DNA of 30,457 nucleotides from Candidatus Bathyarchaeota archaeon (GTDB lineage Archaea > Thermoproteota > Bathyarchaeia > TCS64 > CBFDTC01), in NCBI GenBank assembly GCA_965612785.1, contig CBFDTC010000007.1, positions 1-30,457 of the forward strand, read 5' to 3'. Position 1 is the first letter of the stretch. Each line of letters begins with the position of its first letter. The position numbers were made by a program, and so were the translations under genes. The notes under the pieces were generated by a model that searched no databases, was not told the origin of the DNA, and worked only from the letters and a program-made list of their open reading frames with translations. Positions 1 through 8,840 of this stretch are shown piece by piece.

Positions 1-191
1 GGAAAACGGGTATCATCGAAATAGAACACAGGCAGCATCGATATGGCCTCTAAAATGGATGTCTTACCCGAGTTGTTCCGGCCTATCAAGACGGTGAAGC
101 GGGATAGTTTCACAGGCTTTCTGCAGCGTTTTATCCCCCTAAACTCTATGGGCTCAACGCTCTCTATCAGGGGAGCTTCCACGCTAGACAC
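1..191 (-). CDS. N-terminal fragment of a RecF/SMC/OLD-like P-loop ABC ATPase (AAA_15/AAA_21-type); the gene continues past the left edge
   Basis: Reverse-strand translation gives (V)SS(V)EAPLIESVEPIEFRGIKRCRKPVKLSRFTVLIGRNNSGKTSILEAISMLPVFYFDDTRF. This is a short lead-in, then Walker A GRNNSGKT followed by ILEAI, as in RecF-like ABC ATPases. In-frame GTG starts lie at 191 and 182. It is too short to appear in the ORF track. Confidence 0.5.
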   Translation of the reverse strand, partial: MSSVEAPLIESVEPIEFRGIKRCRKPVKLSRFTVLIGRNNSGKTSILEAISMLPVFYFDDTRF

Positions 192-226
192 CCAGCTTTA
201 ATTAACACTCGAACCCAAAAAATGGT

Positions 227-1123
227 TTAGATTCTGCGGCGGAGCTGGGCCAGGTAGGCCAGGTACTTCGGGTACTGCTGTTCAGCCATCCTCTCAACGT
301 CTATGTAGTGCTCCTCTAAGACGGTCTTCGGCCTCTCGCCCGCCAGCAGCCTTATTACGTCTGGTGTGAGGCCTGAGGAGTACATGGCGTTCATCGCGAA
401 CTTCCTGACGTACTTGAGCCGTGTCAGCCCGCGCCTGTAAGCCACTCTGAAACTGTCTTTGTTGATTCTGAAGCCCCCTTCGACGGCCTCTCTGATGAGC
501 TCGAGCGTCTCTGGCGTTATGTGTAGCCTGAAGCACGCCTTTGTACGCTTCACCATGTTTACTTCGTAGATGTAGAATTCGCCCGTCTTCGCCTTCCTCA
601 GCCTCCTCTCGTCCCACGTTTTGAGGACTTGTACGACGTGCGTAGGCCTCGACGGACTCTCGAGAACCACGTTGTAGACGGCTTGAAACTCGACCGGCAG
701 CTCCCTGACCTTCCTGAAAGTTTCGACTATCTCCTCCTCGCTTGGGACGTGTCTGTCAGCCCTCACCCTCACGGTTGGAACGGCCTCCTTGAGCTCCTCG
801 TACCTGTCCCTCGGAAGCCCGTAGTAGATTCTGTAGACTTTCAGCAGAATCTTGAAAGCCTTAGCCAGGTGGTCCCTGCCCCGCCCGCACCTGCTGAACA
901 TGTCGAGAACGTCTCTCGGCGACTTTATCGGCTCAGTCATGTGCCTGTCGAGCGTGCTCACCAAGTCCTTGACGTAGCTCGGGTCCCTGCCCGTAAGATG
1001 CTTCACGAACGTCTCCCTGACCTCCGAGTTCCAGACGACCGGCCGACCACCGCTCTCAACCCTCTCACCCGTAAGCCGTTCAAGCGCTATCTTCACGGCC
1101 TCCGCGAGTACGCTGCTAAGCAT
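227..1123 (-). CDS. Tyrosine recombinase / integrase of an integrated element
   Basis: The C-terminal region reads YRRGLTRLKYVRKFAMNAMYSSGLTPDVIRLLAGERPKTVLEEHYIDV, which fits the R..(H/K)xxR..Y catalytic layout of archaeal tyrosine integrases. The gene lies directly beside a tRNA 3'-half. Start taken as Met-86 of the track ORF (ATG at 1123), which has AATTAATAA 27 nt upstream. The track ORF's extension to 1378 reads through the tRNA half and into the next gene's promoter. Confidence 0.7.
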   Translation of the reverse strand: MLSSVLAEAVKIALERLTGERVESGGRPVVWNSEVRETFVKHLTGRDPSYVKDLVSTLDRHMTEPIKSPRDVLDMFSRCGRGRDHLAKAFKILLKVYRIYYGLPRDRYEELKEAVPTVRVRADRHVPSEEEIVETFRKVRELPVEFQAVYNVVLESPSRPTHVVQVLKTWDERRLRKAKTGEFYIYEVNMVKRTKACFRLHITPETLELIREAVEGGFRINKDSFRVAYRRGLTRLKYVRKFAMNAMYSSGLTPDVIRLLAGERPKTVLEEHYIDVERMAEQQYPKYLAYLAQLRRRI

Positions 1124-1179
1124 GTCTATGTCAATAGCCTGCGGGAGGGAGTTATTAATTGTCTTGTTCGTGTCTGGTA

Positions 1180-1221
1180 TTGGTAAGGCGGAGATCGCGG
1201 GTTCAAATCCCGCCCGGGGCT
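1180..1221 (+). tRNA. 3' half of a tRNA gene only (anticodon loop to discriminator); likely attachment-site copy (attR); anticodon loop TTGGTAA reads GGT (Thr)
   Basis: Layout: ttGGTaa / ggcgg / agatc / GCGGG-TTCAAAT-CCCGC / CCGGGGC / t. The T-arm and 3' acceptor strand are perfect. No complementary 5' acceptor (GCCCCGG), D-arm or 5' anticodon stem lies upstream, because 1175-1179 tggta cannot pair with ggcgg. Confidence 0.65.
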
Positions 1222-1301
1222 TCAAGGACATCGGAGGGCTGTGTTGAATAATGGTTATATGCACATAAATCGCCGTGTGATTTCTATTATGGTGCGCCTG
1301 T

Positions 1302-2264
1302 TTGTCGAGCGGCTTTAGGTACGTGTTCGGGCCGGTTCCTTCGAGGAGGCTTGGCAGGAGTCTGGGCATAAACAACATCCCACCGAAGAACTGTACGTAC
1401 TCCTGCGTTTACTGTCAGCTCGGCAGGACGATGAACCTGACCGTGGAGAGGAGGACGTTCATAGACCCTGAGCTGATTCTGGATGAGGTTTCCAGGGTTG
1501 TGGAAAGGGTCGGTGAGGGGAACATAGACTACGTAACGTTCGTCCCCGACGGGGAGCCCACGCTTGACCTGAACCTGGGTAGAATAGTCTCCAGGCTGAG
1601 GGAAATCACTTCCGTGAAGCTGGCCATCCTGACGAACTCCTCGCTGATGTACAGGCCGGATGTCAGAGAGGACCTTATGAAGTTCGACCTGGTCTCCGTT
1701 AAGGTGGACTCCGTCGACGGGAAAATCTACAGACGCGTAAACAGACCCCACCCGAGCATAGAGCTCGACATGGTTCTGGACGGAATCAGGCGTTTCACGG
1801 CAGAGTACGAAGGCACCGTCATAAGCGAGACGATGCTGATAGACGGCTTAAACGACGACCTGGACGGTGTGGAGAGGGTTGCGGAGTTCCTGGCGGAGAT
1901 AGAAGTCGACAAGGCCTTCATCTCCATACCGACGAGGCCGCCCGCGGAGGGGTGGGTTAAGGCCGCCAGCGAGCAACGTGTCGTGGAGGCCTACGAGGTG
2001 TTCAGGGAGCGCTTGGGTGAGGGAAGAGTTGAGACTCTCATAGGGTACGAGGGCTCCGAGTTTGCTCTGGCCAGTGGGGACGTCAGACGGGACGTCCTGG
2101 GCATAATGGCGGTCCACCCGATGAGGCTCGACTACTTCAGGGAGGTTGTCGGTAGAGGTGGTGTGAACCCGGATACGCTCATGTCGGAGCTCCTGAGGGA
2201 GGGTTTGGTTAAGGTTGTGGAGTACAGGGGGCACAAATTCTTAATAAGGAGCTTCAGAAAGTAG
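1302..2264 (+). CDS. Radical SAM protein (COG0731-like Fe-S oxidoreductase)
   Basis: CxxxCxxC cluster motif CTYSCVYCQ, preceded by GPVPSRRLGRSLGINNIP. 320 aa with a TTG start. Confidence 0.8.
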   Translation: MSSGFRYVFGPVPSRRLGRSLGINNIPPKNCTYSCVYCQLGRTMNLTVERRTFIDPELILDEVSRVVERVGEGNIDYVTFVPDGEPTLDLNLGRIVSRLREITSVKLAILTNSSLMYRPDVREDLMKFDLVSVKVDSVDGKIYRRVNRPHPSIELDMVLDGIRRFTAEYEGTVISETMLIDGLNDDLDGVERVAEFLAEIEVDKAFISIPTRPPAEGWVKAASEQRVVEAYEVFRERLGEGRVETLIGYEGSEFALASGDVRRDVLGIMAVHPMRLDYFREVVGRGGVNPDTLMSELLREGLVKVVEYRGHKFLIRSFRK

Positions 2265-2299
2265 ATACCCTTAGCCCGACGAAGACCGGGGGAGACCAC

Positions 2300-2899
2300 T
2301 TGAAGGCAGTCGTCCTCAACTACGGCGTCGGAAACCTCCTCAGCATAAAGTTCGGACTCGAAAGAGCAGGCTTCAAAGTACACATAGCCACCGCCCCGGA
2401 GGAGCTCCTCGACGCGGACGCCGTCGTCCTCCCAGGCGTCGGAAACTTCAGAGAGGCCTCGAAGAACCTCGGCAGGTTCATGGAGAACCTGACGGACGCC
2501 TTGGAGAGCGGAGTGCCCACGCTCGGAATATGTCTCGGGATGCAGCTCTTCTTCGAGGAGAGTGAGGAGGGGGGTAGGGGGCTAGGGCTCCTCAGAGGTA
2601 AGGTTGTGAGACTCCCCGGGTCCGTCAAGGTTCCCCACATGGGCTGGAACACCGTCGAGCCTGTGAGACACTCGGAGATACTCGAGGGGTGTGGAGACAG
2701 ACGTTACGCTTACTTCGCCCACTCCTACCACCCAAGCCCCGTGAACCGTGAAGTCGTGGCTGCTGAAACCGTGTACGGGGTGGCCTTCCCCTCCGTGGTC
2801 GAGTGTGGAAACCTGTACGGGACGCAGTTCCACCCGGAGAAGTCGGGCAGGTTCGGGGCCGAGATACTCAGGAACTTCGCATCCATATCCAAGAGGTGA
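2300..2899 (+). CDS. hisH: Imidazole glycerol phosphate synthase, glutamine amidotransferase subunit
   Basis: GVGNF, GICLGMQ (Cys nucleophile) and QFHPEKS motifs. 199 aa, immediately upstream of hisF. Confidence 0.9.
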   Translation: MKAVVLNYGVGNLLSIKFGLERAGFKVHIATAPEELLDADAVVLPGVGNFREASKNLGRFMENLTDALESGVPTLGICLGMQLFFEESEEGGRGLGLLRGKVVRLPGSVKVPHMGWNTVEPVRHSEILEGCGDRRYAYFAHSYHPSPVNREVVAAETVYGVAFPSVVECGNLYGTQFHPEKSGRFGAEILRNFASISKR

Positions 2900-2905
2900 G
2901 GGGAC

Positions 2906-3706
2906 GTGCTGGCCAAGAGAATAATACCCTGCTTAGACGTCGATCACGGCGTCGTTGTCAAGGGGATAAACTTCAAGAACCTCAGACACGCCGGAGACCC
3001 CGTCGAACTCGCCAGGAGGTACTGCGAGGACGGGGCGGACGAACTCGTGTTCCTCGACATAACTGCCTCCGTGGAGAAGAGACGCATACTGAAGGAGGTC
3101 GTAAGGTCCGTGGCAAGGGAGCTCGACATACCTTTCACAGTCGGAGGCGGAATAAGGACCGTCTCAGACGCGGAGCTCGTCCTGTGCAACGGGGCGGACA
3201 AGGTGTCCGTGAACACGGCTGCCGTCGAGAGACCTGAGGTCGTGACGGAGATGGCGGACGTATTCGGGAGGCAGTGTGTCGTCGTGGCCATAGACGCCAA
3301 GAGACGGTACGATGGCCTGGAGGGCAGGATGACCGTAGAGACGTCTGAGGGGCGATGCTGGTTCGAGGTCTACACGTACGGAGGCAGGAAGCCGACGGGC
3401 GTTGACGCCCTCAGGTGGGCGAGGAGGGTCGAAGAGCTCGGGGCTGGTGAGATACTCCTGACGTCCATGGACAGGGACGGGACGAAGCTCGGGTACGACA
3501 TAGAGCTCACGAGGGCGGTCTCGGAGCTCGTGAACATACCCGTCATAGCGAGCGGAGGAGCCGGAAGGCCCGAACACTTCCTTGAGGTGTTCACGGAAGG
3601 CAAGGCCGACGCAGCCCTGGCGGCCTCGGTGTTCCACTACACCGAGTACCCCGTACCCGTGGTGAAAAGGTACCTGGCCGAGAGGGGCGTACACGTAAGG
3701 CTCTGA
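2906..3706 (+). CDS. hisF: Imidazole glycerol phosphate synthase, cyclase subunit
   Basis: [22 protein letters not shown] and ASGGAG motifs. 266 aa TIM-barrel HisF pattern with a GTG start. Confidence 0.9.
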   Translation: MLAKRIIPCLDVDHGVVVKGINFKNLRHAGDPVELARRYCEDGADELVFLDITASVEKRRILKEVVRSVARELDIPFTVGGGIRTVSDAELVLCNGADKVSVNTAAVERPEVVTEMADVFGRQCVVVAIDAKRRYDGLEGRMTVETSEGRCWFEVYTYGGRKPTGVDALRWARRVEELGAGEILLTSMDRDGTKLGYDIELTRAVSELVNIPVIASGGAGRPEHFLEVFTEGKADAALAASVFHYTEYPVPVVKRYLAERGVHVRL

Positions 3707-3712
3707 ACAGAG

Positions 3713-3886
3713 CTACTTCGGGCTCTCAGACTTCTTGGCCTTCAACCTCAAGATGGCCATGGCAAGGAAGCCCACTCCGGTTCCTATGGTTCCTCCCACG
3801 GCCGTCTTCCCGAACGCCATACCCACACCCGCTCCGATGAGTATGCATGCGACGAACACGAGACCCTCCACATGCTTGGACTTCAT
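3713..3886 (-). CDS. Small (57 aa) glycine-zipper membrane protein
   Basis: Own translation: MKSKHVEGLVFVACILIGAGVGMAFGKTAVGGTIGTGVGFLAMAILRLKAKKSESPK. It has an ATG start, two Gly-rich hydrophobic helices and a basic tail. It fills an otherwise empty gap and is below the ORF-track size cutoff. Confidence 0.45.
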   Translation of the reverse strand: MKSKHVEGLVFVACILIGAGVGMAFGKTAVGGTIGTGVGFLAMAILRLKAKKSESPK

Positions 3887-3930
3887 GTCCCAATTTAGTT
3901 AGGGAACTTGTGGATTAATGGTTTTATCGC

Positions 3931-5961
3931 CTACTGCTGGACTACGGACCTGTCCCCAACTCTCCTGACCCTTATGTGGTTTACCTGTGCCTCTTGTCCG
4001 TACCCGTGGTGGGTTACGAGGATTATCTGCCGTATCTCCCGTGTGCACCTGGATATGCTCTCCAGCAGGGCCGGTATGTTCTCCTCGTCCACGGCGTCCG
4101 TCGGCTCGTCCAGGATTAGGAGGGCTGAGAAGCCTATCGCCTTGAGGATGGCCAGCCGCTCGGCTAGGGCTATTATGCTTTCGTGTCCTCCTCCACACCT
4201 CCATGCGGGTATCTCGGTGGTGGAGCCCTTCGGGTAGACGTACAGCCTGTAGTTTCCCTCGTCTATCCTGAACGAGTGGTACACCTGTTGGTCCGTCATC
4301 CTCTGGAAGTACTTGAACGTGAGCCACTCTATCCGCTTCAAAAGGCTGTGCCTCACCTCCCTCTCGTACTCCTCAAACCTCTTCACGAGCCTCCTCGCCA
4401 CGGATATCTTCGCCTTGTATTCCTCTATGACCCTAAGCCTCTCCTCTATCTCCGAAACCCTCCTCGAAACCTTCTCCAACTCCTCCCTCGAAATCTCCGC
4501 CACACGCCTGAGGGACTGAAGCCTACCCCTAACCTCAGAAAGCTTCCCGACCACCCTCTCCCTCTCAGCCTGAACCTCCTCGAGCCTAGACTCCAAGGCG
4601 GATTCGAGGTTCTCGGCCGTGAGAGGCTCGACTCTCAGGAGCCTGACCGCCTCCTGGAGGGTTTCCGACAGAGTCTCCTCGAACCTCCTCAAGGCCTCAT
4701 CCCTCTCAGCCCTCAGCTCCTCAACCCTCTTCGAGACCTCCCTTATACGCGTGGCCGTGGACTCAAGCCTCCTGTACTCGTCCATCAGCTCCTCCATCAT
4801 ACCCCTCGTGGACTCCATCCTCCTCCTAACAGACCTTATCTCAGCCTCGACGGCCTTCAGCGACTCCTCAACCTCCACCAGCTTCCCCCTGTACTCGGAT
4901 ATCCTACGCTCCAGGAGCTTCCGGTCGATTCTCTGTCCACACGTGGGGCACACGGTCAAGCCCGATTCGGAGAGCTTCGTGTGTTCCTCGACTATGTGTC
5001 TGAGCTTCCCCCTCTCCTCGAGCAGCCGTCTACGCTCGGGCTCAAGCTCCTCGTCGAGGAGGAGCCTGAACCTCTCCTCAGCGTCTCTCAGCGTCTCAAC
5101 CCTTTCTGACAGGGTTCTGAGCCTCTCCTCCAAGTCCTCCCCGGCCTCCTCCCTCAGCCTCTCAAGTTCGGCCTCCATCCCCGCCACCTTCGCCTCCATC
5201 TCCCTCAGGCTTGCCGAGGACTCCCTCAGCCTGCTCAAGGCCTCGCTCAGCGCCCTGACCTCGGAGTCCAGCTCATCCTTCCTTCTCGAAAGCCCCTCAG
5301 CCTCCTCCTCGAGGCGTCTAAGCTCCTCCTCGATGCCCCTCAGCCTCTCCTCCACCTCCACCCTCCTCTTCTCCTCTTCCTCGAGGCTCTCCCTCAGGAC
5401 ACGCTCCTCCGAGAGGCGGCCCTCCTCCTCGAGCTTCCTGACGACAGCCCTGAGCTCCTCCCGGACCTCGGCTATTGCTGAGAGTCCGAGTATGGAGTCC
5501 ATGAACACCCTGTCCGGCCTGAGTATGTCGACGAACTCCTTCTGCCTGCAGTACACTATGCCGAGGAAGGCCCTCCTCCCTATCCCTATGAGCTCCCTGA
5601 GCCTCTCCCTAACCTCGGAGTCGCTCGTGACGACGTGTCTGTCACCCTCCACCTCCATCACAACCCTCGTCGTCCTGAAGGAACCCCTGCTCAGCACACC
5701 GCTCCGCACGATCCTCACCCGCCTACCCGTCGTCGGGCTTCTGAACACGAGGCTCACAGTCATGTCCCTCCCACCCAGCGATACGAGCTGCCTCTTGTCC
5801 ACTCCAGGGACCTCACCGTAAAGTGCGAACATTATGGCCTCCAGTATCGACGTCTTTCCGGAGGCGTTCCGTCCCGATATCCTGTTCAGCCCTGGTGTGA
5901 ACTTGATGGTCTGGCCGTCCCTGAAAAGCTTGAAGCCCCTGACGGTCAGCTCCTCTATCAA
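3931..5961 (-). CDS. rad50: Rad50-type SMC-like ATPase (compact, 676 aa)
   Basis: Walker A GRNASGKTSILEAI, long E/R/L coiled coil, central zinc hook CPTCGQ, Walker B LLILDEPTDAVD and H-loop VTHH. The start overlaps the mre11 stop (TTGA). Confidence 0.85.
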   Translation of the reverse strand: MIEELTVRGFKLFRDGQTIKFTPGLNRISGRNASGKTSILEAIMFALYGEVPGVDKRQLVSLGGRDMTVSLVFRSPTTGRRVRIVRSGVLSRGSFRTTRVVMEVEGDRHVVTSDSEVRERLRELIGIGRRAFLGIVYCRQKEFVDILRPDRVFMDSILGLSAIAEVREELRAVVRKLEEEGRLSEERVLRESLEEEEKRRVEVEERLRGIEEELRRLEEEAEGLSRRKDELDSEVRALSEALSRLRESSASLREMEAKVAGMEAELERLREEAGEDLEERLRTLSERVETLRDAEERFRLLLDEELEPERRRLLEERGKLRHIVEEHTKLSESGLTVCPTCGQRIDRKLLERRISEYRGKLVEVEESLKAVEAEIRSVRRRMESTRGMMEELMDEYRRLESTATRIREVSKRVEELRAERDEALRRFEETLSETLQEAVRLLRVEPLTAENLESALESRLEEVQAERERVVGKLSEVRGRLQSLRRVAEISREELEKVSRRVSEIEERLRVIEEYKAKISVARRLVKRFEEYEREVRHSLLKRIEWLTFKYFQRMTDQQVYHSFRIDEGNYRLYVYPKGSTTEIPAWRCGGGHESIIALAERLAILKAIGFSALLILDEPTDAVDEENIPALLESISRCTREIRQIILVTHHGYGQEAQVNHIRVRRVGDRSVVQQ

Positions 5962-7208
5962 GCTTCACCACCCCGGAAGCTCCTCCCCCTGAACAGCCTC
6001 AGCCACTCGTCCACCAGCCTCATCCTGACGCTCTCGGGGAGCAAACCCGTCCTCGGGCTCGCATGCTCCTCCAACTCGTCCACAACCCTCCGGTACATGT
6101 CCTGGACGTCGGAGGCGAAGTCCCCGAACTCCTCGAGGAACTCCTCCAGCTTCACGTGTCTCATCGGCCCGGCCACGTAGAGTGGCGGAAGCTCAAGGCC
6201 TGTGAAGTCCACGTCCACGTGGAGGAGGAGAGGGTTCTCCTCGACCTCCCTCTCAACCTGGAGGAGCTCCACGTCTGCCGGAAGGCCCTCAGAAAGCTGG
6301 CCGTCGACCTGTATCTTCACGTATCCGGCCTTTCCCACCCTCCTGAGGTGCTCTGAGAAGCGTCTAACCTCCGAGCTTATGGCCTCCGTGAACCACTTGG
6401 GGCTCCTCGGCACGGGGCTCGACACCACGGCCTTGGCCATCACGTGCAGGGGTTCGATGCCGACCCACCTGAACCTCGGTTCACCCCCGTCGAGTTCGAC
6501 TATGTAGAAGCCTTTGTCCGCCCTCTCCCCGAAGTCGTACATCTCGGTCGAGCCTGGGGTGAGTATGTACGTGTTTCCAACCTTCAGGGGCTCATGCCTC
6601 TCATGGTGGTGGCCGACGAACACGAAGTCGACTCCCGACCTTCCGACCCTCTCGACGCTTATCGAGGAAGCTCCCGGAGGCACGTCGTGGTAGCCCTTCA
6701 GGAACGTGTGGAGGAGCAGAACCCTAACCCTGCCGTCCCCAACCCCGAGAACAGGCTCCACAAGCTTCTCGTACATCTGCTCAACACGGTCGTAGTACCC
6801 AAGTCCGACCACGTACACACGGTCGTCCTCGTAGACCACCGGCCGTCCCTCATCGCCTATGACCACTATGTAGTCCGCCAGGGGATGCTCCACGTACTCC
6901 AGTGTGTTCGACTTGGGAGAGCCGTCGTGGTTACCCCTCACCATCACAACCCTAAGCGGCCTGCCATGCCTCTCCTCGTGCTCCAGGGCCAGCCTGTGGA
7001 GCTCCTCGACAACGAAGTGGACGATGCTCGGCCTGAGGGTCTTCCTCTCGAAAAGGTCTCCGCAGAGGAACACGTAGTCCACGCCCTCAGCCACGATGGC
7101 GTCCACGGCCTTCCTGAAAGCCTCGCAGAAAGCCTTCCTACGGTATTCGGCTATGGAGAGCGGTATGGCCCTACCGACGTGTGTGTCCGCAAGAACTGCG
7201 AATTTCAA
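5958..7208 (-). CDS. mre11: Mre11-type DNA double-strand-break repair nuclease
   Basis: Phosphoesterase motifs DTHVG, GDLFE, GNHD and GHHH. 416 aa, TTG start with an upstream GGTGGTG, translationally coupled to rad50. Confidence 0.85.
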   Translation of the reverse strand: MKFAVLADTHVGRAIPLSIAEYRRKAFCEAFRKAVDAIVAEGVDYVFLCGDLFERKTLRPSIVHFVVEELHRLALEHEERHGRPLRVVMVRGNHDGSPKSNTLEYVEHPLADYIVVIGDEGRPVVYEDDRVYVVGLGYYDRVEQMYEKLVEPVLGVGDGRVRVLLLHTFLKGYHDVPPGASSISVERVGRSGVDFVFVGHHHERHEPLKVGNTYILTPGSTEMYDFGERADKGFYIVELDGGEPRFRWVGIEPLHVMAKAVVSSPVPRSPKWFTEAISSEVRRFSEHLRRVGKAGYVKIQVDGQLSEGLPADVELLQVEREVEENPLLLHVDVDFTGLELPPLYVAGPMRHVKLEEFLEEFGDFASDVQDMYRRVVDELEEHASPRTGLLPESVRMRLVDEWLRLFRGRSFRGGEA

Positions 7209-7349
7209 CCCGAGACACCACCCCAGATGGGGTACGCCACATCAGAAATTTGCCCGAAGCTATAATTAACGTTTTAACGGAGGCGCTTCGGACAGAAGCG
7301 TATTAAAGTTTATAACTGTAGTTTAGTTGCCATTTATTTGAGACCGTTG

Positions 7350-8489
7350 ATGGCTGAAATACTGCAGAGACACACCCATATTCTGATCGCCGTGGCAACC
7401 GTCATAGCCGTAGTCGCCGTAATTGGACTGCTCTTCCCGAAAGCCCTCCTCACCGTGTATCTGGCCTTACACAATGTGAGCACGTCAGCCCGTATGCTCT
7501 ATGGCGGAAACATAGGATACTTCTGGACGAGCCTTATACTGGCACTGGAGATGCACATATTCGCCTTAGCAATATTTTCCATATTTGCTGGAGGGGAACA
7601 ACCCGAGACGGCCTACGAGACGCCCAAATGGCTTGAGAGAGCTTACATGAGGCTCTTCCACGCCGTCATAGTAGTCTTCAGACACATCATACTGATGATA
7701 TACGAAGTCTGGACGGCGGCCAGACGGGAGGCTGGTAGGATGTCGAAGTCCAAGCCTGAGGACAAGATAGACAACCAGTACTTCACACTCTCCTTCACCG
7801 CAGGCGTAGTCGGGTCCATAATACTCGTCCTCGTGTACGAGGTGAATGCAGCCGTCTTCTGGATACTCACGATACTGTACCTTGTGGTGGTCTTCCTGTA
7901 CATATGGTCCCTAGGCTTGGTTACGACCTACAGGAAGGTCGCCAGGCAGATGGGCGTCTACCTGAACGAGGGAAACTTGACCATCAGACACAGGTACGGG
8001 CGGATAAGGAGGCTCACGATATCCGAGGGGACCGTAGCGCTGGGCCTGTCGATAGGCACAGGGATGTGTGGGATAATAACCACGCTGGGCTCAGCCATAG
8101 TCAGGGCTCCGATAATCTTCACGCTCGTACCGATAACGTTCGACATGATATCCGTGTTGACGGCCATGATAGAGTTTCAGGGTTTGAAAGCTATATCGAG
8201 ACTGATAGCTGAGCTGAGAGGCGTCGAGATAAGCGGGATAGCCATGCTACTCATAATCTCCTGGAGCGTGTACATAAGCGGTGTGCTTATGGCCGTACTC
8301 AACGCCGTACACGCAACCGTTTCCACCAGCGTCGTGTTGACGACGATGTTCGGAGTCTGGGTCATCATCGCCGTAACCCTGAGCATATACATAAGACGGG
8401 CAACACCCATGGGAATGAAGGTGACGAAAAAGCTCCTAACCACGGCGCTGACGGCTTCAGCCATACCGCTACTTCTCCTAGCCGTGTAA
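7350..8489 (+). CDS. Polytopic membrane protein, unknown function
   Basis: About 10 hydrophobic segments and a long clean ORF. ATG at 7350 is preferred over the track's TTG at 7338. An AT-rich promoter region lies upstream. I recognise no family. Confidence 0.6.
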   Translation: MAEILQRHTHILIAVATVIAVVAVIGLLFPKALLTVYLALHNVSTSARMLYGGNIGYFWTSLILALEMHIFALAIFSIFAGGEQPETAYETPKWLERAYMRLFHAVIVVFRHIILMIYEVWTAARREAGRMSKSKPEDKIDNQYFTLSFTAGVVGSIILVLVYEVNAAVFWILTILYLVVVFLYIWSLGLVTTYRKVARQMGVYLNEGNLTIRHRYGRIRRLTISEGTVALGLSIGTGMCGIITTLGSAIVRAPIIFTLVPITFDMISVLTAMIEFQGLKAISRLIAELRGVEISGIAMLLIISWSVYISGVLMAVLNAVHATVSTSVVLTTMFGVWVIIAVTLSIYIRRATPMGMKVTKKLLTTALTASAIPLLLLAV

Positions 8490-8490
8490 G

Positions 8491-8818
8491 GGCGCGGCGG
8501 CGGCCCCCTCGGGTCGAGGCCTAAGCAAGCCGCAGCGTCCCAACCACCCAAGCTCCAGCCCGAGCCCCCACGAGCACCGAGCGTCCGGGCTTAGGTTGCT
8601 CCCTCCCGGGCCTGGCCAGGTTCGCCCGGCAAATGCCCAAACACACCCCCCTACGGGGGTGGCTGGGCAACCGCCGGTCCCGTGGGACGGGCCTTCACGG
8701 CTGGGGGCTGGGCCAGGCGGCTTGCATCAGCCCCTTCCCTCGGGTTACTGGCCCCCCCGTGTAGCCCGTTTGGGGTTACAGGGAAGGGCTAGCTCCCCGG
8801 CCCTCCCCGCCGCCGCGC
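8491..8818 (-). ncRNA. Signal recognition particle RNA (7S / SRP RNA)
   Basis: The minus strand reads GCGCGGCGGCGG...CCGCCGCCGCGC, a perfect terminal helix. It contains GGCCAGGCCCGGGAGGGAGCAAC, matching the conserved archaeal helix-8 element GCCAGGCCCGGAAGGGAGCAAC. Length ~328 nt, very GC-rich, no credible ORF. Confidence 0.8.
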
Positions 8819-8840
8819 ATGTTATTCTGGGGTTGGCTGG

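Larger units (their letters stand above)
1..1221. mobile_element. Right-hand end of a tRNA-targeting integrated element (integrase plus ATPase cargo); the rest lies beyond the left edge
   Basis: The integrase abuts a partial tRNA 3' half whose 3' end faces chromosomal housekeeping genes (radical SAM, hisH, hisF). This geometry is expected for an element inserted in the 3' half of a plus-strand tRNA, with the intact tRNA at the far left end. Confidence 0.55.

Noticed and set aside
1124-1378. N-terminal 85 codons of the 383 aa integrase ORF, as evidence for an SSV-type partitioned integrase
   Set aside because: I could not establish this. The frame stays open even past the tRNA half into clearly chromosomal promoter DNA and the start of the next gene, so openness here is weak evidence in GC-rich sequence. 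An internal ATG with its own TATA-like box explains the gene equally well. It is kept as an open alternative in the findings.
4183-5821. Long plus-strand ORFs (308 aa and 400 aa, Ser/Leu/Pro-rich) inside rad50
   Set aside because: They are antisense shadows of the E/R/L-rich coiled-coil codons (GAG/CTC periodicity). They have low-complexity composition and no motifs, and they are fully contained in a well-supported gene.
7283-7303. Small hairpin cgcttc-ggaca-gaagcg in the mre11 / membrane-gene divergent region
   Set aside because: A 6 bp stem in a promoter region is too short to distinguish from chance.
7209-8490. The membrane-protein gene 7350-8489 as a separate genomic island (GC somewhat lower, AT-rich flanks)
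   Set aside because: I found no flanking repeats, integrase or gene fragments. Hydrophobic proteins are naturally lower in GC, and its ATA/AGG codon habits look host-like. Evidence is insufficient.
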